Assembly: GCA_964601345.1 (NCBI GenBank)
Contig: CAZRND010000002.1
Span: 1-43,155 of the forward strand
Reading direction: 5' to 3'
Length of the DNA stretch: 43,155 nt
From: an uncultured Acidobacteriota bacterium
GTDB lineage: Bacteria; Acidobacteriota; Terriglobia; JAJPHL01
Shown: piece by piece, positions 9,117-18,238 of the stretch
Numbering within the stretch: the stretch's first letter is position 1
Layout: every line of letters starts with the position of its first letter
Position numbers and translations under genes: made by a program
Notes under the pieces: model-generated
What the model saw: only the letters and a program-made list of their open reading frames with translations
Database searches by the model: none
Told to the model about the DNA's origin: nothing

Positions 9117-11147
9117 TCAGGAAGGACGGCGGTAGGCGAAGACTTCGTGGCTGTCGACTTCCTGGTCGACCTTGACGAAGCCGGAGTTGTCGATGAGACG
9201 GGCGTGCATCTCCGCCGAGAGCCACAGTTCGTTCTTGGTGGCGTACTTCTGCATGTGTCCGGCCACGTCAATGGTGTGATCGCTCACCTCTTCGAGGGGC
9301 TTTTCATCCGGGATCATCACTTCGCCGAAGTTGGCCCCGCAACGCACTTCAAACTTCCCTTTCATCTGGTGAACGTCGCGATTGAACCACTCGAGCTCGG
9401 TCAGGATCTTGCGGGCCGCGCCGGCCGCGTCATCCGCCGAAGGGAAGGCGGTCATGACGCCGTCCGGAGTCCAGGCCACCTTGTAGACATGGAATTCGCG
9501 GAAGATGCGCTCCAGGAACTTCTTGTATTCGGAAAAAGCGTGCTCGATCACCAGCTTGTCCTCGCCCACCTTCATCCGGGTGGAACCGACGACGTCCACG
9601 GAGAGGAAAGCCATTTGCCTGCGAGCCTCGCCGAGGACTTTCTTCGCCGCAGCATATTGCCGGAGCAGAGACATGCGCGAGACGTCCTGAGCGCCCGACG
9701 CATTGCTGCTGGCGGCGCGGACCGATTCGGCCACGGCCTGAATGTTGTCCTTGCCTCCTTCGAGCAAGGGCCGCTCGATCCAGGCCTCGAGAGAGAGCAA
9801 CCGACCGGAGACAATCTGGCTCAGGATGTAGATCACCACCGCCAATCCAAACGGCAGGAAGTTGAAGCGGCCGGCCTGGAAATCGAAATTCACCAGCTCC
9901 AGGATGTAGGCGACCAGCGGATCGACCGCCTTATGGATCCACTGAACAAAGGTGATCTCGGCCAGCTTTTCCGCCTTGAAGAGCGGAGAGGCAAAGACAA
10001 AGAGCAGGCAGAGCAGGTAGCCCGTCACGGCAATCGAGTATCCCCGGCGGAACATTCGCGCTACGGAGAGCATCCGCGTTCGCGTGGCCTTCTGTTGTTC
10101 CGAAATGCCCTGCGGAGCGTGCGCTCCCGTGGCCGGTTTCTCCGCCACTCCGCCACTCGGAGTCCGTGTCGTGGCCTGCCGGACGGGCGCGGTGGACGGC
10201 GCGGGTGGCGGCGCGGCAGGAATCAGATCCTTGAGCGTCTCCGATCTCGGACTCATCGCTCCCAAGGGCCGGTTCACGCCGACCATCGTCGCGCCCCAGC
10301 CTTGTTCTGCCTCGGCCTGCTGCCGTTGGCTCTTCAACTCCGTCAACATTTGCACGGCCGTCTGGTAGCGCCGCTCCCGGTCCTTCTCCAGGCTCTTCAA
10401 GATCACCGCCTCCATCGACGGAGGGAGGTCGTTGCGAAGGTCGGACGGCGAGGTCGGGGGCTGATTCAGGATTTTCGCCATCACCACTTGAGCCGAGTTT
10501 CCCGAAAAAGCCGGCTGGCCCGTCACCATCTCGAAGAGAACCACGCCGAGCGAGAAGATGTCGGTGCGCGCGTCGAGTTCCACACCCAGGGCCTGCTCCG
10601 GGGACATGTAACGCGCCGTTCCCATGACCAGGTTCCCGCTGGTTTTGAAGTCCTCAGATGCGGGACCGACTTTCTCCACCATTTTGGCCAAACCGAAATC
10701 CAGGATCTTCACCTGTCCCCGCTCGGTCACCATGATGTTCTCCGGCTTCAGGTCGCGATGGATGATCCCTTTGTCGCCCGCTTCCACCAGCGCGTCGGCC
10801 GCCTGAATCGCGATGTCCAGCGATTGCCGTAGAGTCAGGGGTCCCTGCGCCAGAAGGTCCCGCAGAGTCTTCCCCTCGATGTATTCCATCACCAGGTAGC
10901 GAGTGGCATCCTTCACGCCGAACTCGTAAATGGTGGTAATCGAGGGATGCTGCAGTTTGGACGCGGTCTTCGCCTCGCGCAGGAACCGGCCGAGGGAGTC
11001 TTCATCCTGTTGCGCTTCGGGCGGAAGAGTCTTGATGGCCACGGGCCGGTCCAGATCGAGGTCTACGCCGCGATAGACCACGCCCATGCCGCCCTCTCCG
11101 AGCCGAGAGAGGATTTTGAAATGCGAAAGGGTCTCACCGATCATCAA
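9117..11147 (-). CDS. Hanks-type Ser/Thr kinase fused via a 2-TM hairpin to a class III nucleotide cyclase-like domain
   Basis: Kinase: GEGGMG, VAIK, HRDLKPEN, DFG, GTARYMSPE. Cyclase-like: SVDVVGST, PDGVM, VRCGANFGEV. Start is TTG 11147 or ATG 11144. Confidence 0.88.
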   Translation of the reverse strand: MMIGETLSHFKILSRLGEGGMGVVYRGVDLDLDRPVAIKTLPPEAQQDEDSLGRFLREAKTASKLQHPSITTIYEFGVKDATRYLVMEYIEGKTLRDLLAQGPLTLRQSLDIAIQAADALVEAGDKGIIHRDLKPENIMVTERGQVKILDFGLAKMVEKVGPASEDFKTSGNLVMGTARYMSPEQALGVELDARTDIFSLGVVLFEMVTGQPAFSGNSAQVVMAKILNQPPTSPSDLRNDLPPSMEAVILKSLEKDRERRYQTAVQMLTELKSQRQQAEAEQGWGATMVGVNRPLGAMSPRSETLKDLIPAAPPPAPSTAPVRQATTRTPSGGVAEKPATGAHAPQGISEQQKATRTRMLSVARMFRRGYSIAVTGYLLCLLFVFASPLFKAEKLAEITFVQWIHKAVDPLVAYILELVNFDFQAGRFNFLPFGLAVVIYILSQIVSGRLLSLEAWIERPLLEGGKDNIQAVAESVRAASSNASGAQDVSRMSLLRQYAAAKKVLGEARRQMAFLSVDVVGSTRMKVGEDKLVIEHAFSEYKKFLERIFREFHVYKVAWTPDGVMTAFPSADDAAGAARKILTELEWFNRDVHQMKGKFEVRCGANFGEVMIPDEKPLEEVSDHTIDVAGHMQKYATKNELWLSAEMHARLIDNSGFVKVDQEVDSHEVFAYRRPS

Positions 11148-11162
11148 GGAGTCCGAACTCCC

Positions 11163-11190
11163 AAGTTACCACTCTGACGGATAGAGTCAA
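11163..11190 (-). promoter_or_regulatory. Sigma70-type promoter for the kinase/cyclase gene
   Basis: Minus strand reads TTGACT-N16-TAACTT with a TG extension (TGgTAACTT). Confidence 0.5.
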
Positions 11191-11212
11191 GCCCGCAATG
11201 GCGGCGCGCGGC

Positions 11213-13843
11213 TCAGTTCAGGGTCGCCATGATCCGGCGAATCGCAGCATCTCCCTGCGGGGTCGGATGGAGATCCAGAAACTGCTGATAATGCTGCCTG
11301 GCCTCGGCGTTCTTGCCCTGCCTTCGGTAAAGATCCCCGAGGTTAGCGTGCGCTTCTCTGCGGTTGGGATCGAGGCCCAAGGTCTTCTGAAGGTACTTGA
11401 CCGCTTCGTCGTCGCGGCCCGCGGCGTAGTACATGAAACCCAGGTTATTGAGCAAGACCGGATCGTTCGGCTTCATCGCCACGGCGGCCTTCAGCTTCTC
11501 GACCGCTTCGTCGTACTTCTTTTCGCGATAGAGCTGTTGCCCTTGACGGTCCAAATCATAGGCCTTCGGGCTCTTGGCCAGGGTCGGCGTCTCTGGTTTC
11601 CCCTTGCCTTGCGTCAGCTTCATCTGCTCCGCCTGGATGCTCTGCTGTAATCGTAGTAACTCGGCTTGTTTGGCGGCGATCTCCTTATCAAGACTCTCCA
11701 GTTTGGTTGTCAGATGAAGCGCTTTTTCCTCCAACTGGGGACTGAGGGCGCTGAGAGGCTCGGGCTGCAAGGCGAACACGAATTCGCCTCCCTCGCTCCC
11801 AACCAGGTTCCCCACCACGGGCGTCTGCTTGGCAAACTGCGATACCACGGGACTCACATACGCACCAAGCTCCGACGCAGTGATAAATCCGTTGTGATCG
11901 AGATCGGCCTTGCCCTGCAAGCCCTCGAGCAACGCCCAGGTGAAAACGGAATGCCCGCCGGGGCCGTCGTCGGCCACCTGTTGGTCCGCGCCGCCTGCCG
12001 TCAGGATTTGGCGCGCCATGCGGCGAGTCACTTCATCGAGATACGATTTGTCCTTCGCGAATGCGCCCGCTCCGCGGGTCAAGGCCAAGCCGCTGTAGCA
12101 GGAGTCCATGACGAAGTAGATGTGTTTGGCGGGAATCAGGTCGCCCGCCTCGCGTAACGACGACATGCTGATCGCCGTGGAATAGTAATTGGATGGATCG
12201 GCGTCCACCGGTATGAGAAAGCCAAGCTGGCGCCCATCCTCGAATGTGCGGGTTGCGCCGTGGCCCGCGAAGAAGACGAAGACGCGGTCCTCCCGCTGGA
12301 TTTGCTTTCCGTTGGTCAGCTCGTCGCCGAGGACTTCGCTGATCCGCTGCCGCGTGGCCTCGCCGTTGATCAGCTTGCGGATGTTCTCGCGCTTGAAGCC
12401 GAACTTGGAGATCAACGCCTCCTCGACTCCATTGGCATCGTTGACGGCATATCTCAGCTTCGGCCAGTGTTGATACTCGTTGATTCCAATGATCACGGCC
12501 CAGCTCTCGCGATAGGGCCCGTTGTCCGCGGACCGGGTTGGGGCGGCGGCGTTCTGCGGCGGTTCCGCGCGGTCGGCGCCCGGCGGCGGGGAGGACTTCA
12601 CGAATTTTCCCTGATCGAATGCCAGGAAGGTGTAGTCCTGCCGGCGCAGTTCCTCGATGATGGGAGTCAACGCCAGCACGCTCTGCTTGTGGATGTCGTG
12701 AAACAGGATGATGCCCTTCTGGCGTCTGTTGAGTTCGTGCAGCACGCGCATGGCAATGGACTCGGGAATCGGGTCGGCCCAGTCTTGAGAGTCGATATTC
12801 CACATCACCGATTGCAGGCCGCCCGCGGCCACCTGTTTCAAAATGTCGGCGTTGCGAGCTCCATAGGGGGCGCGGAACAGGCCCGGCTTGTGTCCGACGA
12901 TTTTCTCCAGCAGCAAGTTAGTGTGATCGATTTCCTGCGTGCGCGACGCGGGCGTCAGCTTCGGGAGCACTGGATGGGAATAGCTGTGGTTGGCGAGGGA
13001 ATGGCCTGAGTCCAGCACTTTGCGGGCGACCTCAGCCACCCGTGAAAGGCTCACATTGCCGCCGGCGTCCACGCGGCCCAGATTCTCGCCGACTTCGAAG
13101 AACGCGGCGCGCAGACCGTACTTTCGCAGGAGCGCCAGGACTTGCTCGGTGTACTTTGGGTGCGGTCCATCGTCGAAAGTGAGAGCGACGGATTTGGACG
13201 CGAAGTCGTTGCCAAAGATTTCCTCGGGTCCAGCCCCGCGAAGCGTGGCGGCATCGACTTCGGGAAGCGCCCCGCCAAATTCCACAACCAGGCGGTCGCG
13301 ATCGAAACGTTTCCGCAGCCCGGCGACATAAGTCTCCCACTTCTCGCGTCCTCCGGATGCTCCGCGCGTCGCGAATTGCGAGAAGATGCGGGTGACCTCC
13401 TCGCGATAGGTTCCCTGAATGGATTGCAGGTTGTCATGCACGCCCTTGAGCGCGCCGCTTGAGCTTGGCGTGTCGAGCTCGTCCACCAAGTCGAGGAATG
13501 CCAGCCTGTCGCCGTCGTGCAGATTCGTATTCGACGTGAGATAGAACGCCAATTGCCGGATCCCTCTCGGGTTGCCGTCAAGACGAGGGCCGAGTTCTTC
13601 CAGGGCGTGCTGTTTGCGCCAAAAGAGCATCCGCCCGGCGACAAGGCACCGCTCCTTGGCGGCATCGTCGAGGGCATCCGCCCCGTCCATGACCACGATG
13701 ATCCGCCGGTAGTCGTCAGTTATGGAATCCAGGGCAACCGTGAGCGTTCGATCCGCGGCCTGGTGGCGGCTCCACCACAGCGCTAAGCCGGCGACCAACG
13801 CGACGCCCGCCAGAATCGCGATCACGAGGAGCTTACGATTCAC
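11213..13843 (-). CDS. Membrane-anchored NodB/CE4 polysaccharide deacetylase - caspase-like peptidase C14 - coiled coil - TPR fusion
   Basis: CE4 motifs TFDDGP, HSYSH, RAPYG, DSQDW, LFHD. C14 motifs AVIIGINEY, FFAGHG (His), MDSCYSG (Cys), GHSVFT. C-terminal TPRs; N-terminal TM/signal. Confidence 0.9.
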   Translation of the reverse strand: MNRKLLVIAILAGVALVAGLALWWSRHQAADRTLTVALDSITDDYRRIIVVMDGADALDDAAKERCLVAGRMLFWRKQHALEELGPRLDGNPRGIRQLAFYLTSNTNLHDGDRLAFLDLVDELDTPSSSGALKGVHDNLQSIQGTYREEVTRIFSQFATRGASGGREKWETYVAGLRKRFDRDRLVVEFGGALPEVDAATLRGAGPEEIFGNDFASKSVALTFDDGPHPKYTEQVLALLRKYGLRAAFFEVGENLGRVDAGGNVSLSRVAEVARKVLDSGHSLANHSYSHPVLPKLTPASRTQEIDHTNLLLEKIVGHKPGLFRAPYGARNADILKQVAAGGLQSVMWNIDSQDWADPIPESIAMRVLHELNRRQKGIILFHDIHKQSVLALTPIIEELRRQDYTFLAFDQGKFVKSSPPPGADRAEPPQNAAAPTRSADNGPYRESWAVIIGINEYQHWPKLRYAVNDANGVEEALISKFGFKRENIRKLINGEATRQRISEVLGDELTNGKQIQREDRVFVFFAGHGATRTFEDGRQLGFLIPVDADPSNYYSTAISMSSLREAGDLIPAKHIYFVMDSCYSGLALTRGAGAFAKDKSYLDEVTRRMARQILTAGGADQQVADDGPGGHSVFTWALLEGLQGKADLDHNGFITASELGAYVSPVVSQFAKQTPVVGNLVGSEGGEFVFALQPEPLSALSPQLEEKALHLTTKLESLDKEIAAKQAELLRLQQSIQAEQMKLTQGKGKPETPTLAKSPKAYDLDRQGQQLYREKKYDEAVEKLKAAVAMKPNDPVLLNNLGFMYYAAGRDDEAVKYLQKTLGLDPNRREAHANLGDLYRRQGKNAEARQHYQQFLDLHPTPQGDAAIRRIMATLN

Positions 13844-13900
13844 AGTGAGACTAATCTACACCAACTATGGGTTGGAGATTGGCGCTGGCGGGCAGAGTCG

Positions 13901-15388
13901 ATGGTAACATGTAGGGTTTGCCGGAAGGGCAAATTACGGGAGTCTGGTACGGTTTCAACGATCACAGCGTTCCGCGAGATTCTGCTTCTCTGCCTCAACG
14001 TCTTCAACGACGTGATTCTCCTATTCTTCGCAGTCTGCAACGGCATTTATACGGTGCTGGCCTTCATCTCGCTGGGATTCGTCTGGCTGTCGCAGAAACG
14101 GGTTCAGTATGCCACGCTGCGCGAGCTCCGCAATTCGCCGGTCACTCCTCCGGTGACCATCATCGTCCCGGCGTATAACGAAGAAGGAGCCATCCTCTCG
14201 ACGGTCGAGTCCCTGATGGGTCTCGATTATCCCGTCAAGGAAATCATCGTCGTTGACGATGGATCGAAAGACGGCATGCTCCTGAAGCTCATCGAGAAGT
14301 ATCAGCTGATCCAGATGGACCTGATCTGGCGGCCGCGTTTGCCGGCCACGCAACCGACCGCATATTTCGTGAATCCCAAGTTCCCCGCGCTTACCGTGGT
14401 GAGCAAACCGAACGGCGGCAAGCCCGACGCGTTGAACGTCGGAATCAACATGGCCCGCAGCCCCTACGTCTGCACCGTCGATGCCGATTGCCTCGTGGAA
14501 CGCTCGGCGCTGCTGCGCTTGATGCATCCGGTGATTACGTCGCCGATCAACACGGTCGCGACCGCCGGCATCGTGCGGATCCTGAACGGCTGCAAGGTGA
14601 CGAACGGCGTCGTCTCCGACGTGCGCCTTCCGACGCGGCCCATCGAGCTCTTCCAGATTGTCGAGTACTTGCGCAGCTTCCAATATGGCCGGCCGGGATG
14701 GAGCGCCATCGGGGCGAGTTTTGTTGCCTCCGGAGCCTTCTGTATTTTCCACACCGAGACCCTGATCGAGGTGGGCGGGTTCCACCGCGACACGGTGACG
14801 GAAGACGCCGACATCATCATCTGCCTCCACCGGCTGATGTGCGACAAGAAGCGCAAGTACCGCATCGCCTTTACGACCTACCCGGTCTGCTGGACCGTGG
14901 CGCCTCACACCATCGATTTACTCGCCAAGCAGCGGCGCCGCTGGCAGCTCGGTCTGTTCCAGACCGTGATGAAGCACAACGATATTCTCTTCCGGTGGAA
15001 GTATGGATTGCTCGGAATGGTCAGCCTGCCGTTCCACACCTTCGTCGAAGCGTTCGGTTGCCTGGTGGAGTTCCTGGGCTACCTGGTGATTCCCTTCAGC
15101 TTCATTCTCGGAGTGACTCCATTCTCGATCTTCATGTTGTTCATCCTGCTGGCGACCGTGTATGGCGCGATGCTATCGGTGGCGGGAATTTTGCTCGCGG
15201 AAATGACCTATCGCCGTTATCCCCGCATGCTCGACATGCTCAAGCTGCTCGGCTACGCCATCATCGAAAACCTGGGATATCGCCAGATGGGTTCGTTCTT
15301 TCGCGTGCAGGCCATGTGGCAGTACATCATCGGCAAGAAGAAGTGGGAGGTGGTGCAGCATGCCGTCGGCGAGGTGCAAGCGTCATGA
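13901..15388 (+). CDS. Processive GT2 glycosyltransferase (PgaC/IcaA/chitin-synthase-like polysaccharide synthase); start uncertain
   Basis: VPAYNEE, DDGSKD, NGGKPDALN, VDAD, SGAF, VTED, QRRRW; one N-terminal and several C-terminal TM helices. Confidence 0.92.
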   Translation: MVTCRVCRKGKLRESGTVSTITAFREILLLCLNVFNDVILLFFAVCNGIYTVLAFISLGFVWLSQKRVQYATLRELRNSPVTPPVTIIVPAYNEEGAILSTVESLMGLDYPVKEIIVVDDGSKDGMLLKLIEKYQLIQMDLIWRPRLPATQPTAYFVNPKFPALTVVSKPNGGKPDALNVGINMARSPYVCTVDADCLVERSALLRLMHPVITSPINTVATAGIVRILNGCKVTNGVVSDVRLPTRPIELFQIVEYLRSFQYGRPGWSAIGASFVASGAFCIFHTETLIEVGGFHRDTVTEDADIIICLHRLMCDKKRKYRIAFTTYPVCWTVAPHTIDLLAKQRRRWQLGLFQTVMKHNDILFRWKYGLLGMVSLPFHTFVEAFGCLVEFLGYLVIPFSFILGVTPFSIFMLFILLATVYGAMLSVAGILLAEMTYRRYPRMLDMLKLLGYAIIENLGYRQMGSFFRVQAMWQYIIGKKKWEVVQHAVGEVQAS

Positions 15389-18231
15389 AGATGAAGTTCT
15401 CGTTGAATCTCAAGATCAACCGGATCTATCTCTTCACGGCGGCCCTGCTGGCGTTCCTTTCCTTTTACGAGTTGCGCATCAAGCCCCAGAGCAGGCCGCT
15501 CTACGAGCGGGCGCTCGCCTACTATCGCAATCGCGACTACGAGAAGTCGCTCACCGAGCTCGAAAGAGCCTACCGCATCGAGCCCAACTCCACGGCGATT
15601 CTGATGTTGCGCGGCTGGTGCCACCTGAAGCTGCGTCAATTCGATCAGGCCCAGGAAAATTTTGGACGCGCTTCGCGCCTGGAGCCCGACCTGGCCGAAC
15701 CGAAGCTCGGCTTAGCCTACGTTGTTCTGGAAACTGGCCAAGGCGAGGCCCCCGTCGCCGGAATGCAAGCGCTGCTCTCGCAACAACCAGGCAATAGTGA
15801 CTTTCGTCTCGCGGCCGCCGCGGCATTTCGCGAATCGGGACGGAACCTCGAAGCCGCCGATGCCTTCCGCATTCTGATGAATTCGGGCAAATACGGCGAG
15901 GTGGCCAGGAAAAACCTGCTGGACCTGTACGGCCTGGAGGGTCTCGAAGAGCCGATCCCCGATGGATTGCCGACCCGGGAGCGGCCCGCTCAATTGCAAC
16001 TTCAGTTTCGAGCGTCGGGAAGCGTGCTGCAGCATCTCACGAACGGCGCGTGGAAGCCTTTCTACGTGAAGGGCGTCAACCTCGACGTTGCGGGTCCGGG
16101 AGCGTTTCCCTCCGAGCCTCCGGGAAGAACCGACAAGTATTTGGAGACGTTGGGACGCATCTCGCAGATGGGCGCCAACACGATTCGGGTTTACCGGCTG
16201 CTGCCCCCGGCATTCTACCGGGCCTTGAAGACGCATAACGAGAAGTCGGGCCTACCGCGCCTGTACTTGCTGCAGCAAATTGGATTGATCGGCCAGGACG
16301 CCGCTAACTTGTTCGATTCGGCGACCATCGAGCCGGCGCGAGCGGAGATCCGCTACGCGATCGACGCGCTCCACGGACAGGGCAACGTGCCCCCGCTCAA
16401 TGGATCGGCATCGGGCCTCTACACGGTTGACGTTTCCGAATACGTGTTGGGCCTGGCGCTCGGAAGGGCCCTGGAACCTCACTTGGCGTTGGCCACAAAC
16501 CAATTCAACACGTTCCGAAATAGCTATACAGGCAAGTTCGCCAGCATCAAGAGCGCGAACGCAACCGAAGTCTGGCTGACCACAGTGCTCGATTTCGCGG
16601 CGAGCTACGAGACCGAAAAATACAACACACAGCACGCCATCGGCATCGTCAGCTGGGCCGGCCTCGATCCGCTCGCCCACCCGACGGAAGCCAGCGCCTA
16701 CGAAGAGTTGGCAATCGAGCGAAGCAAGGGGGAAAGGCCGATTCCGCCGGCGCCCAACGAGATCATTGACGATGATGACGCCGTGAGCATCGATGAAGCA
16801 AAGATCCAGGTGGGATCGCCCTTTTTGGCGGGCATCTTCTCGGCGATGGGCGTCTCCGCCTACTACCCCGATTTCGTCAGCCGCGAGTATGCCGGTGCGC
16901 AGGACAGGCAAGGCCCGAATCCGTTCTTCGGATACCTCAAGGCTCTCAAAGACCACTATCGCGGAATGCCGCTTGTCGCGGTGGAGTATGGAATGTCCAC
17001 GAGCCTTGGCATATCCCGACTCCAGCCCTCTGGATGGAACCACGGCGGGCTCACCGAGAAGGAGCACGCTGATTTGGTGGCGCGCATGACGCGGAATGTT
17101 TCCGACGCCGGATTCGCCGGAGGCTTCGTGACCACCTGGCAGGATGAGTGGTACAAGGCCAATTGGTTGACGGGTCCGTTGGACCTCCCCACGCATCGCC
17201 GCGCGCTCTGGAACAACAAGCTCGATCCCGATCAGTCTTCCGGATTGTGGACCTACGATCCGCCGGGCCAGAGCGGGCTCTTCGCGGGATTCTCGGGCTG
17301 GAACTCGGTCAAGCCTCAGTACGCGAAGAGTGGGGCGCCTGCCGCCGCTCTGAAAGACGGATGGGATACCGAGCGGACCTTGCGTTCTCTGTCGGTTACC
17401 TCTGACGAGGCATATGTCTACCTGCGCTTGCAGGTGGACAACATCCGCAAAGGGCCAAAAGACGTTCCGGATCTTTATGGCGCTAATTACTTCGTGGCCC
17501 TGAACACGTCGCCCGGACGCTTTGGCACGCAAGCTTTGCCTGCACTGCTGCCCCAAGTGCGTTCCGATCAGGGAGCGAACTTTCTGCTTTACCTTTCGAG
17601 CGCCGGCGCGCGGCTGATGGTCGCCACGAACTACAACCCGCGGCACAACCGGCTGCTGGCGGGCACGGCGAACGTCTATCAGATCGGCTTCAAGATTCCC
17701 TTCGAACCGAAGCTGGAAAAATGGTCCGGCTTCGAAGACATCGAAGTGGAAACGAACCGGCGCAGGTTTGCGCGCGATGGCCGGATGTTTCCCTCGCAGC
17801 GCCAGAATCTGAGCACGTTGCACTATCGCCCGCCCGGAGACACGGAAGACACCGTAGCCACCTGGACTTGCGATTTCGCGGGCAGGGCGTTCGTGTTCCG
17901 CCTGCCCTGGTCGTTATTGCTGGTTACGGATCCCTCGTCGCTGCAAGTCCTCTCGGCTGCAGCCCGAGGCCCGCTATTTGCCACCGCTGCCACCAAGGGC
18001 ATTCAGGTCTTTGCGCTCTCCTTCCATCCCGGAGAGCCGATCCAGTTCCAAGTACCGTTCGGCCGGATTCCGATTGCGGATTCCCTGCCCGGCAGCGACG
18101 ATAGAGGTAACATGAAAGGGCTGGCCACATATTCCTGGGCCGGCTGGAATTCGGTGACTGTAACAGGGCGGCCCAAGGCCGCCTACGCCTCGCTGCAAAA
18201 GGTCTTCAAAGAGATGAAGGGACCGAGCTAA
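15385..18231 (+). CDS. TPR + putative clan GH-A TIM-barrel glycoside hydrolase-like protein, paralog 1 (948 aa)
   Basis: ATGA overlap with the GT2 stop; N-terminal TM, TPRs, then KGVNL..PG.FP, MGANTIRVY, VEYG, WQDEWYK. Collinear with 21870..24677. Confidence 0.75.
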   Translation: MKMKFSLNLKINRIYLFTAALLAFLSFYELRIKPQSRPLYERALAYYRNRDYEKSLTELERAYRIEPNSTAILMLRGWCHLKLRQFDQAQENFGRASRLEPDLAEPKLGLAYVVLETGQGEAPVAGMQALLSQQPGNSDFRLAAAAAFRESGRNLEAADAFRILMNSGKYGEVARKNLLDLYGLEGLEEPIPDGLPTRERPAQLQLQFRASGSVLQHLTNGAWKPFYVKGVNLDVAGPGAFPSEPPGRTDKYLETLGRISQMGANTIRVYRLLPPAFYRALKTHNEKSGLPRLYLLQQIGLIGQDAANLFDSATIEPARAEIRYAIDALHGQGNVPPLNGSASGLYTVDVSEYVLGLALGRALEPHLALATNQFNTFRNSYTGKFASIKSANATEVWLTTVLDFAASYETEKYNTQHAIGIVSWAGLDPLAHPTEASAYEELAIERSKGERPIPPAPNEIIDDDDAVSIDEAKIQVGSPFLAGIFSAMGVSAYYPDFVSREYAGAQDRQGPNPFFGYLKALKDHYRGMPLVAVEYGMSTSLGISRLQPSGWNHGGLTEKEHADLVARMTRNVSDAGFAGGFVTTWQDEWYKANWLTGPLDLPTHRRALWNNKLDPDQSSGLWTYDPPGQSGLFAGFSGWNSVKPQYAKSGAPAAALKDGWDTERTLRSLSVTSDEAYVYLRLQVDNIRKGPKDVPDLYGANYFVALNTSPGRFGTQALPALLPQVRSDQGANFLLYLSSAGARLMVATNYNPRHNRLLAGTANVYQIGFKIPFEPKLEKWSGFEDIEVETNRRRFARDGRMFPSQRQNLSTLHYRPPGDTEDTVATWTCDFAGRAFVFRLPWSLLLVTDPSSLQVLSAAARGPLFATAATKGIQVFALSFHPGEPIQFQVPFGRIPIADSLPGSDDRGNMKGLATYSWAGWNSVTVTGRPKAAYASLQKVFKEMKGPS

Positions 18232-18238
18232 GGCCGCC

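Noticed and set aside
5623-13843. Anti-phage system (Pycsar/CBASS-like cyclase with patatin or caspase effectors)
   Set aside because: No CD-NTase, cNMP-binding, SAVED or STING sensor domain seen; the caspase is exported and fused to a deacetylase; the genes are not one operon and there is no defence-island context.
13915-13960. Possible c-di-GMP-I riboswitch (GGCAAA) ahead of the GT2
   Set aside because: The second hairpin and the GNRA/receptor elements of the GEMM motif are not recognisable; only one short inverted repeat is present.
14488-15384. 299-aa N-terminal extension of the TPR-GH ORF (similarly 5905..7206 for Hpt and 33609..34202 for GtrA)
   Set aside because: These overlap real genes in another frame or strand and are Arg/Pro-rich noise; better starts exist at 15385, 7207 and 34203.
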